This document shows, in pieces, positions 24,744-38,255 of a stretch of DNA of 64,000 nt. Each line of letters begins with the position of its first letter. Within the stretch, counting starts at the first letter, position 1. The translations under genes and the position numbers were made by a program. A model generated the notes under the pieces. That model ran no database searches. It worked only from the letters and a program-made list of their open reading frames with translations, and was not told where the DNA came from. The stretch is from Phaeosaccion multiseriatum (lineage: Eukaryota; Protista; Ochrophyta, other classes), in NCBI GenBank assembly GCA_965112735.1, contig OZ218963.1, positions 434,001 to 498,000 on the forward strand. The letters are read 5' to 3'.

Positions 24744-25352
24744 ATGCCTGACCAACGGGGTGCGCACAAAAGGAAGAGCGACACTCCGGCTGCTGCCACG
24801 AGAGGGCGAAAGGAAAGCAGTAGCACGCGAAAGGGAAGTACTGCTACTCCCAAGCGCTCTCCGCGGAGAAGTAGGTCGCCCTCCGTAGCGAAACCAAAGG
24901 GGACGGTACCAGGGACGGGGGAGGGGGTGGCCCAACGGTCACCTCCTTCACCGCAGGATGAACAGGCAAAATTGGAGAAGGAGGGGTTTCTCGACGACTA
25001 TGCAGACGTGCTCGTCGCTGAGGACGACGGAGTAGAGAGTGATGGGGAAGATCATACGGAAGGGGGAGGAAAAAAAGCAGGGGCAGTCGCTGGAGGAGGA
25101 GCGAGAGCGGGAGCGACTGCCCCTCCTGCTCCGCAGCAGCAGCTCAGTCTGGCGGAGAAGGCCCTATCCATGTGGGCCAAGGTGCGTGGTGCGGTGCATG
25201 TGTCCAGCACCAGCGGGAGCTCTCGCCGCAGAGCCAAAGAGAAGGTGAGTGACGAGCTGAGCTGCAATGGGTAGGGAGGGCTGAGGGCTCGTCTTTTTCG
25301 TCTGTCTCTGTCCTCCCTATATATATATTATATTATTTATATATATATATAT

Positions 25353-25393
<41 letters not shown>

Positions 25394-27679
25394 TACGTAT
25401 ATAATATATATTTATATATATATATCTATTCATCTTATATATAATATATATTTATATATATATATATCTATTCATCTTGTCAATCCGATGGTGTGTGGGT
25501 CTTGTCGATCAGACGGGCCGGAGAGGACCGTGGTCACCCACCACGCAGTCACTGTGCTCACTGTGGTCACCGCCGTCACGGCCGCCTAGTTCAGGCCTTT
25601 CCACTCTGTCCTTGGCTGTGGGCGAGCACCAGTCACCGCACCGTGTGGTCGGGTCCAGAGGGAGGGGACTTTGACCAGCGACGGCGTGTGCAGAGCGCGT
25701 ACAGCAGTCCTCCGCCCGTCTTTGTGGGCCGAACACACGTCCTTAATGACTTATGACTCACGCACCATCCACGTGTTGCCCTCCACCTCCCCCCTCCCCT
25801 GCCCTGCGCAGGTTAAGGCCTTTGAGGATGCAAAGAAGGCCAGGGCAGCAACACCAATAGCCGCCGAAACGGAACACAAGGGGGTCAAGGAGGGGAACAT
25901 GGACTTTTACACCACAGAGAACATCAAGCGGCGGAGGTGAGTCATATGAGGGAGAGATGGCGATGGCGATGGCGATGGCAGGGGATGAAGGCCTCCGATG
26001 GGAGTGGATGACAGCTAACCATAGCCCTCCCTCTCTCCCTCTCTCCCTCTCTCCCTCTCTCCCTCTCTCCCTCTCTCCCTCCCTCCCTCCCTCTCTCCCT
26101 CCCTCCCTCCCTCCCTCCGTCCCTCCCTCCCTCCCTCCCTCCCTCCGTCCCTCCCTCCCTCCCTCCCTCCCTCCCTCCCTCCCTCCCTCCCTCCCTCCCT
26201 CCCTCCCTCCCTCCCTCCCTCCCTCCCTCCCTCCCTCCCTCCCTCCCTCCCTCCCTCCCTCCCTCCCTCCCTCCCTCCCTCCCTCCCTCCCTCCCTCCCT
26301 CCCTCCCTCCCTCCCTCCCTCTCCTCAGAGACCTAAAGGCGCACCCTCTTGTGCAGGACAAGATAATGCGTCTGTGGGGTGTAGAGAATCTCATCAAGGA
26401 CGATGCTAACACCATCAGTAAGGACTGCTTCCTCGAGGTGAGGGACGGCAGCAGACGGGGGGAGGGGAGGGCGGATGGTGGATGGGAGAGGGGGATGAAA
26501 GAGCAGATGGTAGAGAATCGCTGCCATACTGGCATGCATCCACGTACCAGGCTTGGCGCGTATTGGGCAAGGAGGGTGGGGAAGGAAGGAAGAAAGGAAG
26601 GAACAAAGGAAGGAACAAAGGAAGGAAGTTACGGACGGAAGACGGAAGCACCTCCTAACAGACACCTTTTCCTGCCATCTGCTGCCATCTGCTGCCATCC
26701 ATCCCCCATCCTCAGATGGACGTGAAGCTGCACCTGCTGATTATCATGCCACCTGTGGACTTGCGCATCGCTCTCAACAACGCCGAGGAGGACTGGAGCA
26801 GAGACAACGCCCTGTACGACAGGTAATCACATACGACCCCAACCCTCTGGCATGCCCCTTGCTTACGTTGAGCTGATACCCCTCCTCCTCCTCCTCCTCC
26901 TCCTCCTCCTCTTCCTCCCCGCCGTCCATCCAATTTAAGAATGAACTTTGAGCGTTTCAGAGACAGCATGTTCGAGCTCGTGGATATTTGGACAGAGAGC
27001 GTGGAGCCCAAGGAGTACGCCGACACACTTGACGTCATCATTCATGTGAGTATGTGTCCGTACGTACGTACACACGCAAACTTGGGCGACGACCTCCTCC
27101 GAACTGTGATGTTCAATCAATCTCTAGATAGACAGACAGTTTGTACGGCATCGCCCCGTCCCCCCTTACGTGAGTCTATATACGAACGAACGAACGAACG
27201 AACGAACGAACAGGGCTTGACGAAGGCCCCCTTCAATCGGTGGAAGGAGAACTCTGAAATCACGTACGATCAGCGCATCACCAAGGTAAGTCAGTGAGTG
27301 AGGGAGCCCCGGGGGTGGGCACCACCTGACACCTGACACCTGATACCTCACCCTCACACCATACCCTCCCACGCTTTACTCCTGACTGTGCTTGCCTGCT
27401 GTGCTGTGCTGTATCACCAACTGGTGTACTGTGCTGTATCACCAACTGGTGTACTGTGCTGTATCACCAACTGCTGTGCTGTACTGTATCACCAACTGGT
27501 GTACTGTGCTGTGTTGCGAAGGTGTGTTTGTCTATGGCGGACCTGCTCAGCGGAGGAAGCGAGGCGGGGAGGGGCGTGGATGACGACGGACCGGAGCCCG
27601 ATGACTTCTTCGGCTTCGAGGAGCGGGCAATGGCAAGAGGTATGTGCCAGAGTGTGGAGGATGCACACACACATGCGCG

Positions 27680-27721
<42 letters not shown>

Positions 27722-27786
27722 CGTACACACACAAGCACATACACACACAAACACGCAACCACACACATACTCTCTCAAACGCACAT

Positions 27787-27842
<56 letters not shown>

Positions 27843-30800
27843 CTCTTCTTCATCCTTCTCCTCCTCCTGCGCCCCCCCTTCTCTCCCCAATGCTTGGTGT
27901 CAGGCCTACCAACGATTTTGTCGACAATGCAGATGGATACCGCTGCCTTAAACACAGCCAAGAGGCGAGGACCCAAGAAGGAGACACCCAAGCAGAGGTG
28001 GCACCGAGCTGCCCGCATGGTCAGTCAGTCAGTGATTGGGTGGCTCGTTAGTGAGAGTTGAGACAGTCGAGTTTCAGAGGCAGGGCAGGGGAGGGGAAGG
28101 GAGGCGAAGACAAGTTTGGATGGCGTGAACACACGCGCCACACACGCATTGAAGCCAAGCCCCTTACGGATGGCTTGCATCCGTTTGCTGAATCTGCCCC
28201 TCCCATCCCCTGCCATCCCTGTGTCCCCCTGCCCCTCTGCCCTTCTACCCCTCCCGTCCACTGTCATCCACTGCCATCCACCGCCATCCACCGCCACGCC
28301 TCTGCCCAGGCTCACAGCCTCGCATTGGTGCGGAAGCACGCTCTTGAGGCTGGCGGCAAGGGCTCCCCGCTTCGCAAGTACGTGTTGGGCAACAGGAAGG
28401 CCAGGACGGGGGAGATCTCGCCAGATAAGCTCATGATCACCATCGCCAAGATCTACAAGGATAAGGCACAGGTATACATACTACAGGAGGTTGAGTTGAT
28501 TCGTATTTGTATATCGAGCACATGGATGCCGAGGAGGTTGATCATTGGTCATTGTGTCGAGCACATGGATGCCGAGGAGGTTGATCATTGATCATTGTGT
28601 CGAGCACATGGATGCCGAGGAGGTTGATCATTGATCATTGTGTCGAGCACGTCCAGGGGGGCGGGCTGCCCCTCCACCATCGATTGATTGGTTCGCGCAT
28701 TCACCCACCCACCCACCCACGCACGCACCCCTTTTATCCCTTGCCTGGCCATCCATATGCCTGTCCATACGCCTCTACATGCACGTACAGGAGGACAAAA
28801 AGTTTCGCAAGGAGGAGAATGCCACAGGCGGGGCCACGGGCAGGAGGAAGCACAAGCGGTTCGACCGCTTCATGCTGCAGTACCACATCCGCCAGTATGG
28901 TGCGTTTGCCAGCTGTGAGGGGTCAGCAGTGATCTCTGCGGTTCTTTATATGTCAATGAAATGCTCTATGAGCGCGACCATCCTTCTTCTTCTTCTCTCT
29001 TCCCTCTGCTTTGCTCTGACCCATACACCTCTACTCTTCCTTGCCCTGCCCATACACCTCTATCCTGCCGTGCCCGGCCCATACACCTTTCCTCTGCCCT
29101 GCCCAGGCACCAAGGCCCTCGCCCGCAAGAAGCTGCGGCACTTTGTGGCGAGCTGTGCCGTCTACGCTGACGACAAGTACCCGAGGATCAAGACCTTCGC
29201 CAAGATCTGCGGCATACCCACGGCGGTGAGTGAGTGAGTGAGTGAGTGCATGCGTGCGTGAGTGAGTGAGAGAGTGAGTGAGTGACGATCGAAATGATCA
29301 CTCTCTCCCTGTTAGAGGTGCTTTTGCTTCGCTCAGGCCCTTCTCCCTTGTTCTCCTCCACCTGTTCTCCGACCGGTTCTCCGCCCGTTTCTTTCCTCCA
29401 CCTGTCCGGTTTGCCGCCTTTCTCCTCCCCCCACGACTCAAATATGAACCATGCGCTCACCTAACTCCTCGACGCACTGACTTACTCCTCCCTGTGACAC
29501 AGGACAATGAGACGCAAGGCTTCAAACCCTTCGGCATGTCCGACTATTTCCTCCCCTTCCTCTCTCTCCTCGCACCCCCGGGGGAGCCACTGGACAAATT
29601 CATGGGCAATGGCATCGAGCCGGTGCAGGTCTGTCGCCAAGACGTGATGGCGGCGGCGAGAACGATCTTCAAGAATGTTCCTCCATCGTCAAGCTCCCTC
29701 ATGGCGTTTCAGCTGAGGATGCAGGTTCTCTCAGATGAGCTGGATAGAGGCAGAGGCGGAGGAGGAGGAGGAGGAGGGGGAGGAGGAGGAGATGGAGGAG
29801 AAGGAGGAGGAGGGGGAGGGGGAGGACGGGGACAAGGAGGAGGAGAGCGAGCGCGAGTTAAGAGCACAATAGCTCAGGACGGAGCAGCGGCGGCAGAGGC
29901 GGCAGCGGCATCGCTGGAGAGGGGGGGCAATCCTCGAAAGAGCTCGACAAAGTGAGTAGCAAGGAGAGGAGAGGAGAGGAGAGGAGAGGAGAGGAGATAG
30001 GGAGGAGAGGGGAGGAGGGGAGAGGGGAGGAGAGAAGAAGGGAGGAGGGGAGAGGAGAGGAGAGGAGAGGGGAGGAGAAGAGAGGAGGGGAGAGGGGAGA
30101 AGAAGAGAAGAGAGAAGAGAGGGGATGAAAGGAGAGGAGAGGAGAGGAGAGGAGAGGAGCGGAGGGGAGAAGAGGAGAGAGGAGAGAGGAGGAGAGAGGA
30201 GAGGAGAGGAGGAGAGAGGGGAGGGGAGGAGAGGGGAGCGGGGAGGAAAAGAGAGGGGAGGGGAGGCGAGGAGAGGAGGGGAGAGAGGAGGAGAAGAGAA
30301 GAGAAGAGTGGAGAGGAGAAGAGAGGAGAGGAGAGGAGAGGAAAGGAGAGGAGAGGGATGTCAGCGCAAACGCCTCGAGCCATCCACTACCATCCACTAC
30401 CATCCACTACCATCCAATACCATCCACTACCATCCACTACCATCCACTACCATCCACTACCATCCACTACCATCCACTACCATCCACTACCATCCACTAC
30501 CATCCACTACCATCCACTACCATCCACTACCATCCACTACCATCCACTACCATCCACTACCATCCACTACCATCCACTACCATCCACTACCATCCACTAC
30601 CATCCACTACCGTCCACTACCATCAACTACCATCCACTACCATCCACTACCATCCACTACCATCCACTACCATCCACTACCATCCACTGCCATCCACTGC
30701 CATCCACTACCATCCACTGCCATCCACTACCATCCACTACCATCCACTACCATCCACTACCATCCACTACCATCCACTACCATCCACTACCATCCACTAC

Positions 30801-31071
30801 CATCCACTTCCATCCACTTCCATCCACTACCATCCACTACCATCCACTACCATCCACTACCATCCACTACCATCCACTACCATCCACTACCATCCACTAC
30901 CATCCACTACCATCCACTACCATCCACTACCATCCACTACCGTCCACTACCATCCACTACCATCCACTACCATCCCCATCCCATCCCTTCGCCCTCTGCC
31001 CACCGCGCCCCCCCCCCCCCCTTCCCTCTCTTCTGTCCATGTAGCGCCTCTGACCTCCCCCCAAATGCACA

Positions 31072-31107
<36 letters not shown>

Positions 31108-33002
31108 CACACTCACTCGAACCCATGCACGCACGCACACACACACACACACATACATGTATACATACACATATACACACGGAATGAATGCTCCGTAACG
31201 CAGGTCCAACGTCAAGTTGAAGCCTGTGAGAGGTGCCAGAGGTCCGGCCCGCGGGGCAAGGCAGAAGGCAAAGGTCAGGAAACGGCAAATCCCAACTTCA
31301 TCTTCAATCTGAACTGTCCTTCTTGCCTTTCCCTGGTTGTACATATTGCTAACTCGCTTGCTTGGTCGCCCCTCCTTCTGTCCCCTCTCTATCCCCTGAC
31401 TTACTTCACACCCTAAACCCGTCCCCCCTACCTATATACCTCCTACTGGCCTTTTCCTGGACTTAACACCCTCCTCCTCCTCTCTGACTTACTGACAGGT
31501 GCCCCTGGACGATGTCCTGATGGCGTCCATCAAACTGCTCGTTGCAGAGGATGCGTGGCGGACCTGGCTTCACACAGTGAGCTTCATCGTGCTCATGCAG
31601 AGGGCCATGAAGGGCCTGAGGCGCACTATAGGTGAGGGAGGAAGGAAGGAAGGAAGGGAGGGAGGGAGGGAGGGAGGGAGGGAGGGGGGAGTGGAGGGAG
31701 GGAGGGAGGGAGGGAGGGAGGGAGGGAGGGAGGGAGGGAGGGAGGGAGGGAGGGAGGGAGGGAGGGAGGAAGGAAGGAAGGAAGGGAGGGAGGGAGGGAG
31801 GGAGGGAGGGAGGGAGGGAGGGAGGGAGGGAGGGAGGGAGGAAGGAAGGAAGGGAGGGAGGGAGGGAGGGAGGGAGGGAGGGAGGGAGGGAGGGAGGGAG
31901 GGAGGGGAGGAAGGGAGGGGAGGGAGGGAGGGGAGGGAGGGAGGTACGGAGGGAGTGAAACACGCCGAAGAGACACCCTCTTCCTTTTTCTGCGTGGCTG
32001 CGATGATGATCGAGTGCCCCTCTGACAGAATCTTGCTTTTGCCTCTTGACATCCACTGCCATCCTCTGCACGGCCACGCCCCCCCCCCTCAATCCTTCAG
32101 AGTGGAATCGAGGGCATAACTTGTTGGCAACTCGCGCGTTTCCCGAACAACAACAACAACAACAAGAACGGGACCCACCACACCAAGAGCAACAAGGAGC
32201 GGAAGGAAAGGACAACGCGAGCAGAAGCAATAGCAACAACAACAGCAGCAGCAGCAGCAGCAGCAGCAGAAACAGTAGGAGCGGCACGCCGCAGGGGGTG
32301 ATGCCGATGCTGCCCGACCTTCCCCTGAACATCGCTGTGACTGTGCCACACGAAGATGGCAGCAGCAGTGCACACGTAGTGGGAGGAGTGGCAACGGCCT
32401 CGGAGGGGGCCTCACCCGTGGACCATTCCGTGGTGGAGGAAGGAATAGGGTTAGGACTTGGGGCCGGGGGGGGGGAGAGGCCGATGGGCAGATCCAGTAA
32501 GCGGCCTTCGCGGCCTTCCTCAGGGGCAACATCACCATCAGCAGCAGCAACTGGTGGTAGTACTGGAGCATCCCCCTCAGCAGTTGGTGATACAGCAGCA
32601 TCACCCTCAACAGGAGGAGTGGTGGGGGAAGGAAGGCTAGTGAGGGAAGGAGTAGCAGTAGAAGCAGCAGCAGGAGGAGCAGTGGGGATGACGGGTGGAC
32701 CTACCGCCTCCTCGCCACAACCGCACACGCCGAAGGGAGCGGCAGATGGAGCAGTTGGTGGTACAGCTACAGCCCCAGCGTCGACCGACCGCAGCAGAAA
32801 CAGCTGTGATGATTCGGGCTCTGAAGAAGGAGGTGGTAGCCCGGGCCCACAACTGCCCCCTATCACCCGCGTCACTAGTGACCGCAGTCAGCAAGGGAGT
32901 GGTGGTGTCTCCGGCGGTGATCCCAACCGTCCCAGTCTGAGCAGCCCTCTCCCCAAGGCCGCGGCAGCAGGCCCGACAGACGGGACGGGGGGCGGCGGCT
33001 GA
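24744..33002 (+). CDS. Large multi-exon hypothetical protein: basic N-terminus, EF-hand-like protist domain, helical domain, IQ-like motif, low-complexity C-terminus
   Basis: Consecutive in-frame exons: [16 protein letters not shown]|[16 protein letters not shown]...ISKDCFLE|MDVKLH...AEEDWSRD|[31 protein letters not shown]; [10 protein letters not shown]|...[15 protein letters not shown]|[16 protein letters not shown]...[10 protein letters not shown]; [11 protein letters not shown]. The last exon is the ORF ending at 33002. Some internal exon boundaries are uncertain. Confidence 0.7.
25318..25477. repeat. AT-only (TA)n island with an internal ~38-bp duplication
   Basis: Direct reading; the only long AT tract in this GC-rich window. 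Confidence 0.9.
27400..27510. repeat. 25-bp tandem repeat x4, each unit containing TGTATCACCAACTG
   Basis: Copies start at 27410, 27435, 27460 and 27485, just upstream of an acceptor AG. Confidence 0.95.
30381..30970. repeat. (CATCCACTAC)n decamer minisatellite, ~59 units, intronic
   Basis: Direct reading; it is preceded by ~400 bp of (GAGAG)n. Confidence 0.97.
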
Positions 33003-33265
33003 CAACTGACACCTTGTACTGTTGTTTGTTGTCTGCCTGCCTGCCTCTTGATATCCTGCTAGTGATCTATGAATGCCTGCCTGCCCCTGCCCCTGTGTGC
33101 TCTATATACTGCTTCAGAGAGAGAGAGAGAGAGAGAGAGTGTGTAAGCTTCAGAGAGAGAGTGTGTGTGTAAGCTTCAGAGAGAGATCGGCTCAGACCCG
33201 GGGAGGGGCACCGCCCCCTCAGTTTTGGCCACCCCACCGAGAAGCGAGAAGCACACCTCCCTTAC

Positions 33266-34030
33266 GCTCACTCACTCACCCACTCACTCACTCACTCACT
33301 CACTCACTCACTCACTCACTCACTCACTCACTCACTCACTCACTCACTCACTCACTCACTCACTCACTCACTCACTCACTCACTCACTCACCCACCCACT
33401 CACTCACTCACTCACTCACTCACCCACTCACCCATTCACTCACTCACTCACTCACTCACTCACACACACACTCACCCACTCACTCACTCACTCACGCACT
33501 CATTCTCTCACTCACCCACTTACTCACTCACCCACTCACTCATTCACTCACTCCCTCACTCACTCACGCACTCATTCTCTGACCAGTAGCACAGAAGATT
33601 TGATTTTTGTTATTCTCGTTTCTTCTTCACTCAATACTCAACGACCGCATCGGCAGGGGAGACCCTGGCGAACACAAATATATCAACATACGCATCTGTG
33701 AGCCAGTCTCGCCTATAGCATGTCAACATACGCATCTGTGAGCCGGTCTCGCCTATAGCATGTCAACATACGCATCTGTGAGCCAGTCTCGCCTCTCTCT
33801 CTCTCTCCACCCCCCTCTAGCTCACCGTGAGCGCCAATTGCACACGACTCTAGCTCACCGTGAGCGCCAATTGCACACAGATGTGCATCGCAACAGCGAG
33901 AGCCTAGAGCACGTAATGCAGGACATGATACGAGTGAAGAGCAATGTCATCATGATTAAGTACATGTAGTGTATTGTAGAACATGTAGTGTTACGTAATG
34001 ATTAAGTACATGTAGTGTATTGTAGAACAC
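33266..34030. repeat. (CTCA)n tract followed by three short tandem duplications (40-bp x3, 33-bp x2, ~47-bp x2) between convergent genes
   Basis: CAACATACGCATCTGTGAGCC.. x3; TCTAGCTCACCGTGAGCGCCAATTGCACAC x2; ATGATTAAGTACATGTAGTGTATTGTAGAACA x2. Confidence 0.9.
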
Positions 34031-34122
34031 GTCGCGCAGCATCAATGTCATTCCACCCCGACGGCCGGACTCTCGCACCCGGGTGCGACCAAACACAGGC
34101 ACAGGACAATGTGAGTGTCCGC

Positions 34123-34442
34123 TCAGTGGTACTCCAGGAACTGCCCCACCTCCGCCGGAAGAAAGCTCCAACTAGGACGGCCTTCAGACACTGTCACCCC
34201 TTCCAAGGCCCTCAACAGCACCAGCAGCGGCTCCCAGCTCAAGGCCGGCACACCGCCTCTCGTCTTCGCCTCCCCTCCACCCCCCCCTTTGGCCCCTTTG
34301 GGCTCGCTGTGCCTGAAGCTCTCCTCGCTCAAGAGACGCAGCTCTCTAAGGAGCGGTGCAAGCAAGCCCTCCAAGGCGCGCTTTTCGACCGACAGGAGGA
34401 AGCTAAGGGGCCGTTCGGGCGTAGCGCGGCCGGCTTTGCCCT

Positions 34443-34473
<31 letters not shown>

Positions 34474-36942
34474 TCTTGCCGTTGCTGCGTCTCCGGTTCG
34501 CGTACTCTGCGAATCTCTTGGCGGAGCAGTGGGCCACACCTTGCCAACCCCGCTCGCCCTCCTTTGCTTCTGTATCACCAACTGGTGCTGCTCGATTGTT
34601 GCCTTGATGAGCTCCTGTACCAACTGATCCACCTCCGAGCTCGAAGCCCCCGTCTCCTTACTCCTCCCTCCTCCTCCTCCTCCTCCTCCTCCTCCTCCTC
34701 CTCCTCCTCCTCCTCTTCCTCCTCCTCGACTCTTGCCCGCCTCTCCCTCCTCCTTCTGCTCTGCCCCTCCCTCCTCTTCTTTCTCCTCCTCCCTCCGGAG
34801 AGTCTGCACGGCCCCCTCCAGCACTCCCACGGCATGAAGGAGCCGCTGCCACTCGAAAGCGTCCCTCCTCGCCGCCCCCGGATCACCAACTACCGAAGAG
34901 GAGGAGGAGGAGGAGGAGGAGGAGGAGGAGGAGGAGGAGGAGGAGGAGGAGGAGGCTGCGATAGGACGGCGGCTCAGCCAATCATCCACACAGATCATGA
35001 CCAGCAGCTGCAGCCGTTTCACATCCTGCGCAAGTGCCGTTTCAGCTTCCCGTTCAGCCTCAGCCCACTCAGCCCTGCCCGCTTGGCCTTCGTCCCCCGC
35101 CTCGTCCTCCTCGTCCTCCTCGTCCTCCTCGTCTTCTTCCTCCTCCTCCTCCTCCTCTTTCGGGCGCCGCTGCTGCTGCTGCTGCCGCGCGTCAACACAC
35201 CGAATGAAGGAAGCAGACGCGGCGGGGAAAGAGCGGGCCCAGGCGGGCGACACGGGCTCGTCCCTGCGCGAGGGGACAGCATTGCGTAGCGAGTCCATGA
35301 ATCGCTTTCGCGCCTGCGCTGCTTGGCCCAGCGGCTCCAGGCACACCTCCCCTCCCTCTCTTTCCTCTCCTCCCTCCGCCGTCCATACCTCCTCCCCTCC
35401 CTTGCTCTTTGTCCTCGTTGTCCTCCCCCTTCTCTGCTCTCCCCACCCCTCTTCTCCTCCGCCTCCTTCTCGACCACTGCTTCCCCCCACGTAGCCGCCG
35501 TTACGGTGGTGAAGGGCCTCACCACCACTGAGGCTTAGATCCCCCCCTTCTCCTCCTTTTCGCTCTCTCCACAAGGAATTGAGCCTTCTCCTGGCCCTCT
35601 GGAGGTCCGCCAACCGCTGAGCCGTTGCTCCCTCTGCAGCCTCTAGCGCCGCCCCCTCCTTCTCTCTCCGCTTCCTCCTCCTCGTCATCCTACCCTCTCC
35701 TTCTTGTGACTCGTCGCCTCGATCGGCTCGCCCCGCCCCTCCATCTGATCGCTGCCGCTGCCCACCAGGGCCTCCCTCAAGCCCCCTCCCCTGCCCTTCT
35801 TGCGCACCCCCTCGTCCACCTCTCCGTCCCTCATGAGCATGGAAAGCATGGGAAGAGGAAGGCTCATAACCATATACCTCGCCTTCTCCCGCTGGCCCTT
35901 CCTGCCCACTCTTCCCCACCCCGTTCCTCGCAGCACCCCCTCGGGACGTCTCCTCCTCTTCCTCGTATCTAGGAGCTGGTCGGCCGCCTTCGGAGTGTGT
36001 GGACCTTGGCCTCTCTCCTATCCTTGCGTCTCCTCGCCCTCTCCCGGCGCCAGGGGGCTGCCTTAGCTCTCCCCTGTGTCGCTGCGGTTGCTTCGGCTGT
36101 TGCCGCTGCCCGACCGCAAGAGAGGAGCGTCCTGCCGCTGCTGCCGTGGCCGCCGCCGCTCGAGCTGCTGCCGGCATCCTTCGCGCAGCAGCACTGCCCA
36201 ACACGCTATTCGTCCGCCAGGGCTTCTCCTCCGAGCCCTTACTCCTACTCCTGCTGCTGCCACTACTACTCGCGCTGCTACTCGCTGTGACAGGGGTGGG
36301 GGCGGTACTCCTGGTGCTCCGGCCACCACTACGCCCACCACTACGCCCACCCCCACCCCTGTCACAGCGCTGACCGCCCCTGTCCTCAGCGGGATGGGTA
36401 GAGAACTTGATCTCTCTGGCAGATCGCAGGACTTCTTCTAAGGAGGCCTCGGCAGAGTCAAGAGAACCAGCCACAGTACCGGAGGAGACAGACGCAGAAG
36501 AAGAGGGATGATGGGTGTATTTGTTGCCCTCCTTCCCTCCTCTTCCTCCAGCTCCCTTGCTGCCCCTCTCCTCCTGCTCATCACCAACATCCCGCCTCTC
36601 CCCTGTTGCTGTTCCTGTTGCTGATGATGAGTCCGTCACTCTAGCTCTACTGCTGGCCCAGCTTCCGTCTCCCTTTGCCTTTCCGTCCATCTCTGCACCA
36701 CTCCTTTCCCACACCTTCCCCCCTTGCTCCATCTCGGCCCTCCTCTCCCTCTCTCTGTCCTCTTCCTCCTCTCTCTCTCGCCGCATCCTGGCCGCCGCAT
36801 CCTGTTTCATCCATTGTTGCGCCATCAAGCTGTTTTCAAATGCCCTCTTCAGCCTGTCTCGATGGGCTTCCATATCCACGGCGTCCCTCCTCATTCCCAG
36901 CACCACCTCCTCCCATGTGCGCAGCAGACTGTCTACGCCCAT
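34123..36942 (-). CDS. 939-aa low-complexity helical protein, possibly TEDC2 (C16orf59)-like
   Basis: Long uninterrupted ORF. Helical islands (SLEEVLRSAREIK; LQRARRRLNSLWRE; AAQARKRFMDSLR; FEWQRLL..VGVLEGAVQTLR; LLVLLRALEGV) recall the block order of TEDC2 from memory only. Confidence 0.6.
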
Positions 36943-37618
36943 TGCGGAATCTTCCTAGAGAAAGGGGGAGATGTGGAGAGAGGGAGAGGGGCACACGAAA
37001 AGGGGGGGGGAAGGAGAGACATATCATAAAGAGGGGGAGAGAGAACAATAATAATAACAATACAGAGCGAGAGAGTTAAAGGGAAGAATGGTGAATTCGA
37101 GCCTCGTACCGGCAAGCTGAGCCAGCACAATTGTGCTCCACCCCCCCACTGTGGGAAACCAGAGCACTCTTTCCCCTTTTCCAAGTGTACTCTTCTCTTG
37201 GCAACACGAGAAAAACAAAAACCGGGCCCTGACGAAAACCTCGCCTTCTTCCTGTCCGTCTGTCTCCACCGTACCTGCTCTCAGCCTCCGAAGGCAAGAA
37301 AAATGGGGAGAAAAGGAAGGCGGCGAATCAAGGCGGCCCAGATTTCCAATTGACATACGTGAACCCCTTTTTTGATAATGTCCTTTGTTTGGGCAAGTTT
37401 CCATTTGGACGCGGTCCCTGGAGGGGGTTCCCATCCCTCGGAGACGACCAGCGTGTCCAGACAGTACCGCCTTCCCTACGCGAGACACGGGCTGAGTAAG
37501 AGCAAGTTCGCCCATTTTATTGCCCCCGCTTTTGAAAAAAAGACCTGTGTAAACTAAAGCTAGCGACCACGCGCACACGCACACAGACCAGTTGGCCACA
37601 GCTGAGTATAGCGAAAAC

Positions 37619-37822
37619 CTAACAGGCAAGTCAACAAAGGCAAGAGGGGCATCTAACAGGCAAGTCAACAAAGGCAAGAGGGGCATCTAATAGGCAAGTC
37701 AACAAAGGCAAGAGGGGCATCTAATAGGCAAGTAAACAAAGGCAAGAGGGGCATCTAATAGGCAAGTCAACAAAGGCAAGAGGGGCATCTAATAGGCAAG
37801 TCAACAAAGGCAAGGGGGGCAT
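37619..37822. repeat. 34-bp tandem repeat x6 (CTAA[C/T]AGGCAAGTCAACAAAGGCAAGAGGGGCAT)
   Basis: Units start at 37619, 37653, 37687, 37721, 37755 and 37789, with no spacers. Confidence 0.95.
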
Positions 37823-37859
37823 CAGCTCCACCCCCCTGAGCGAGCGCTCTTCATAGACT

Positions 37860-38255
37860 GGTGTCTGGTGACCCCAACAAGGGCCACAGAGATGCGGGCA
37901 CGAAGCCAGCCGGTTCATGGTGCTGAGGGGGTGACGATGCCAGCCGGTCATGCCGGTCATGCCGGTCATGCCGGTAATGCCGGTAATGCCGGTCATGCCG
38001 GTCATGCCGGTGGTGGTGCTGAGGTCACTGAGGGGTTGGTCCGCAGGGCCGCGTTGTCGGTGGAAGTGGTGGATCAGTTCGCGAATGAAGTAGTTGGCGT
38101 GGTCGCCCATGGCCCCGTTGGTCGCAAAGATCAAGGGGGTGAAGGAGGCACGTATAGCCAGGCAAGCAGGCTCATTCGTTCATACTTGGCTGTCTTGGCT
38201 CGCTCGGCGGCTCAGGTTGGCCCTATGGTAGCTGGAAGAGTCGGTGTCGGGGATA
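37860..38255 (-). mobile_element. Degenerate 3' fragment of an RLE-type (CRE-like) non-LTR retrotransposon
   Basis: Across two frameshifts the minus strand reads PDTDSSSY / AAERAKTAKYERM / ASFTPLIFATNGAMGDHANYFIRELIHHF. This is the D..SY...E..K..KY...F.PL.F.T.G.MG..A..F signature of the restriction-like endonuclease. A (GCCGGTCAT)n repeat lies within the fragment. Confidence 0.65.

Noticed and set aside
30125-31198. ORFs of ([10 protein letters not shown])n as an extensin-like protein
   Set aside because: They are translations of an intronic decamer satellite that is open in several frames.
37619-37822. 34-bp repeats as a CRISPR array
   Set aside because: The units are directly adjacent with no unique spacers, the context is eukaryotic, and there are no cas genes.
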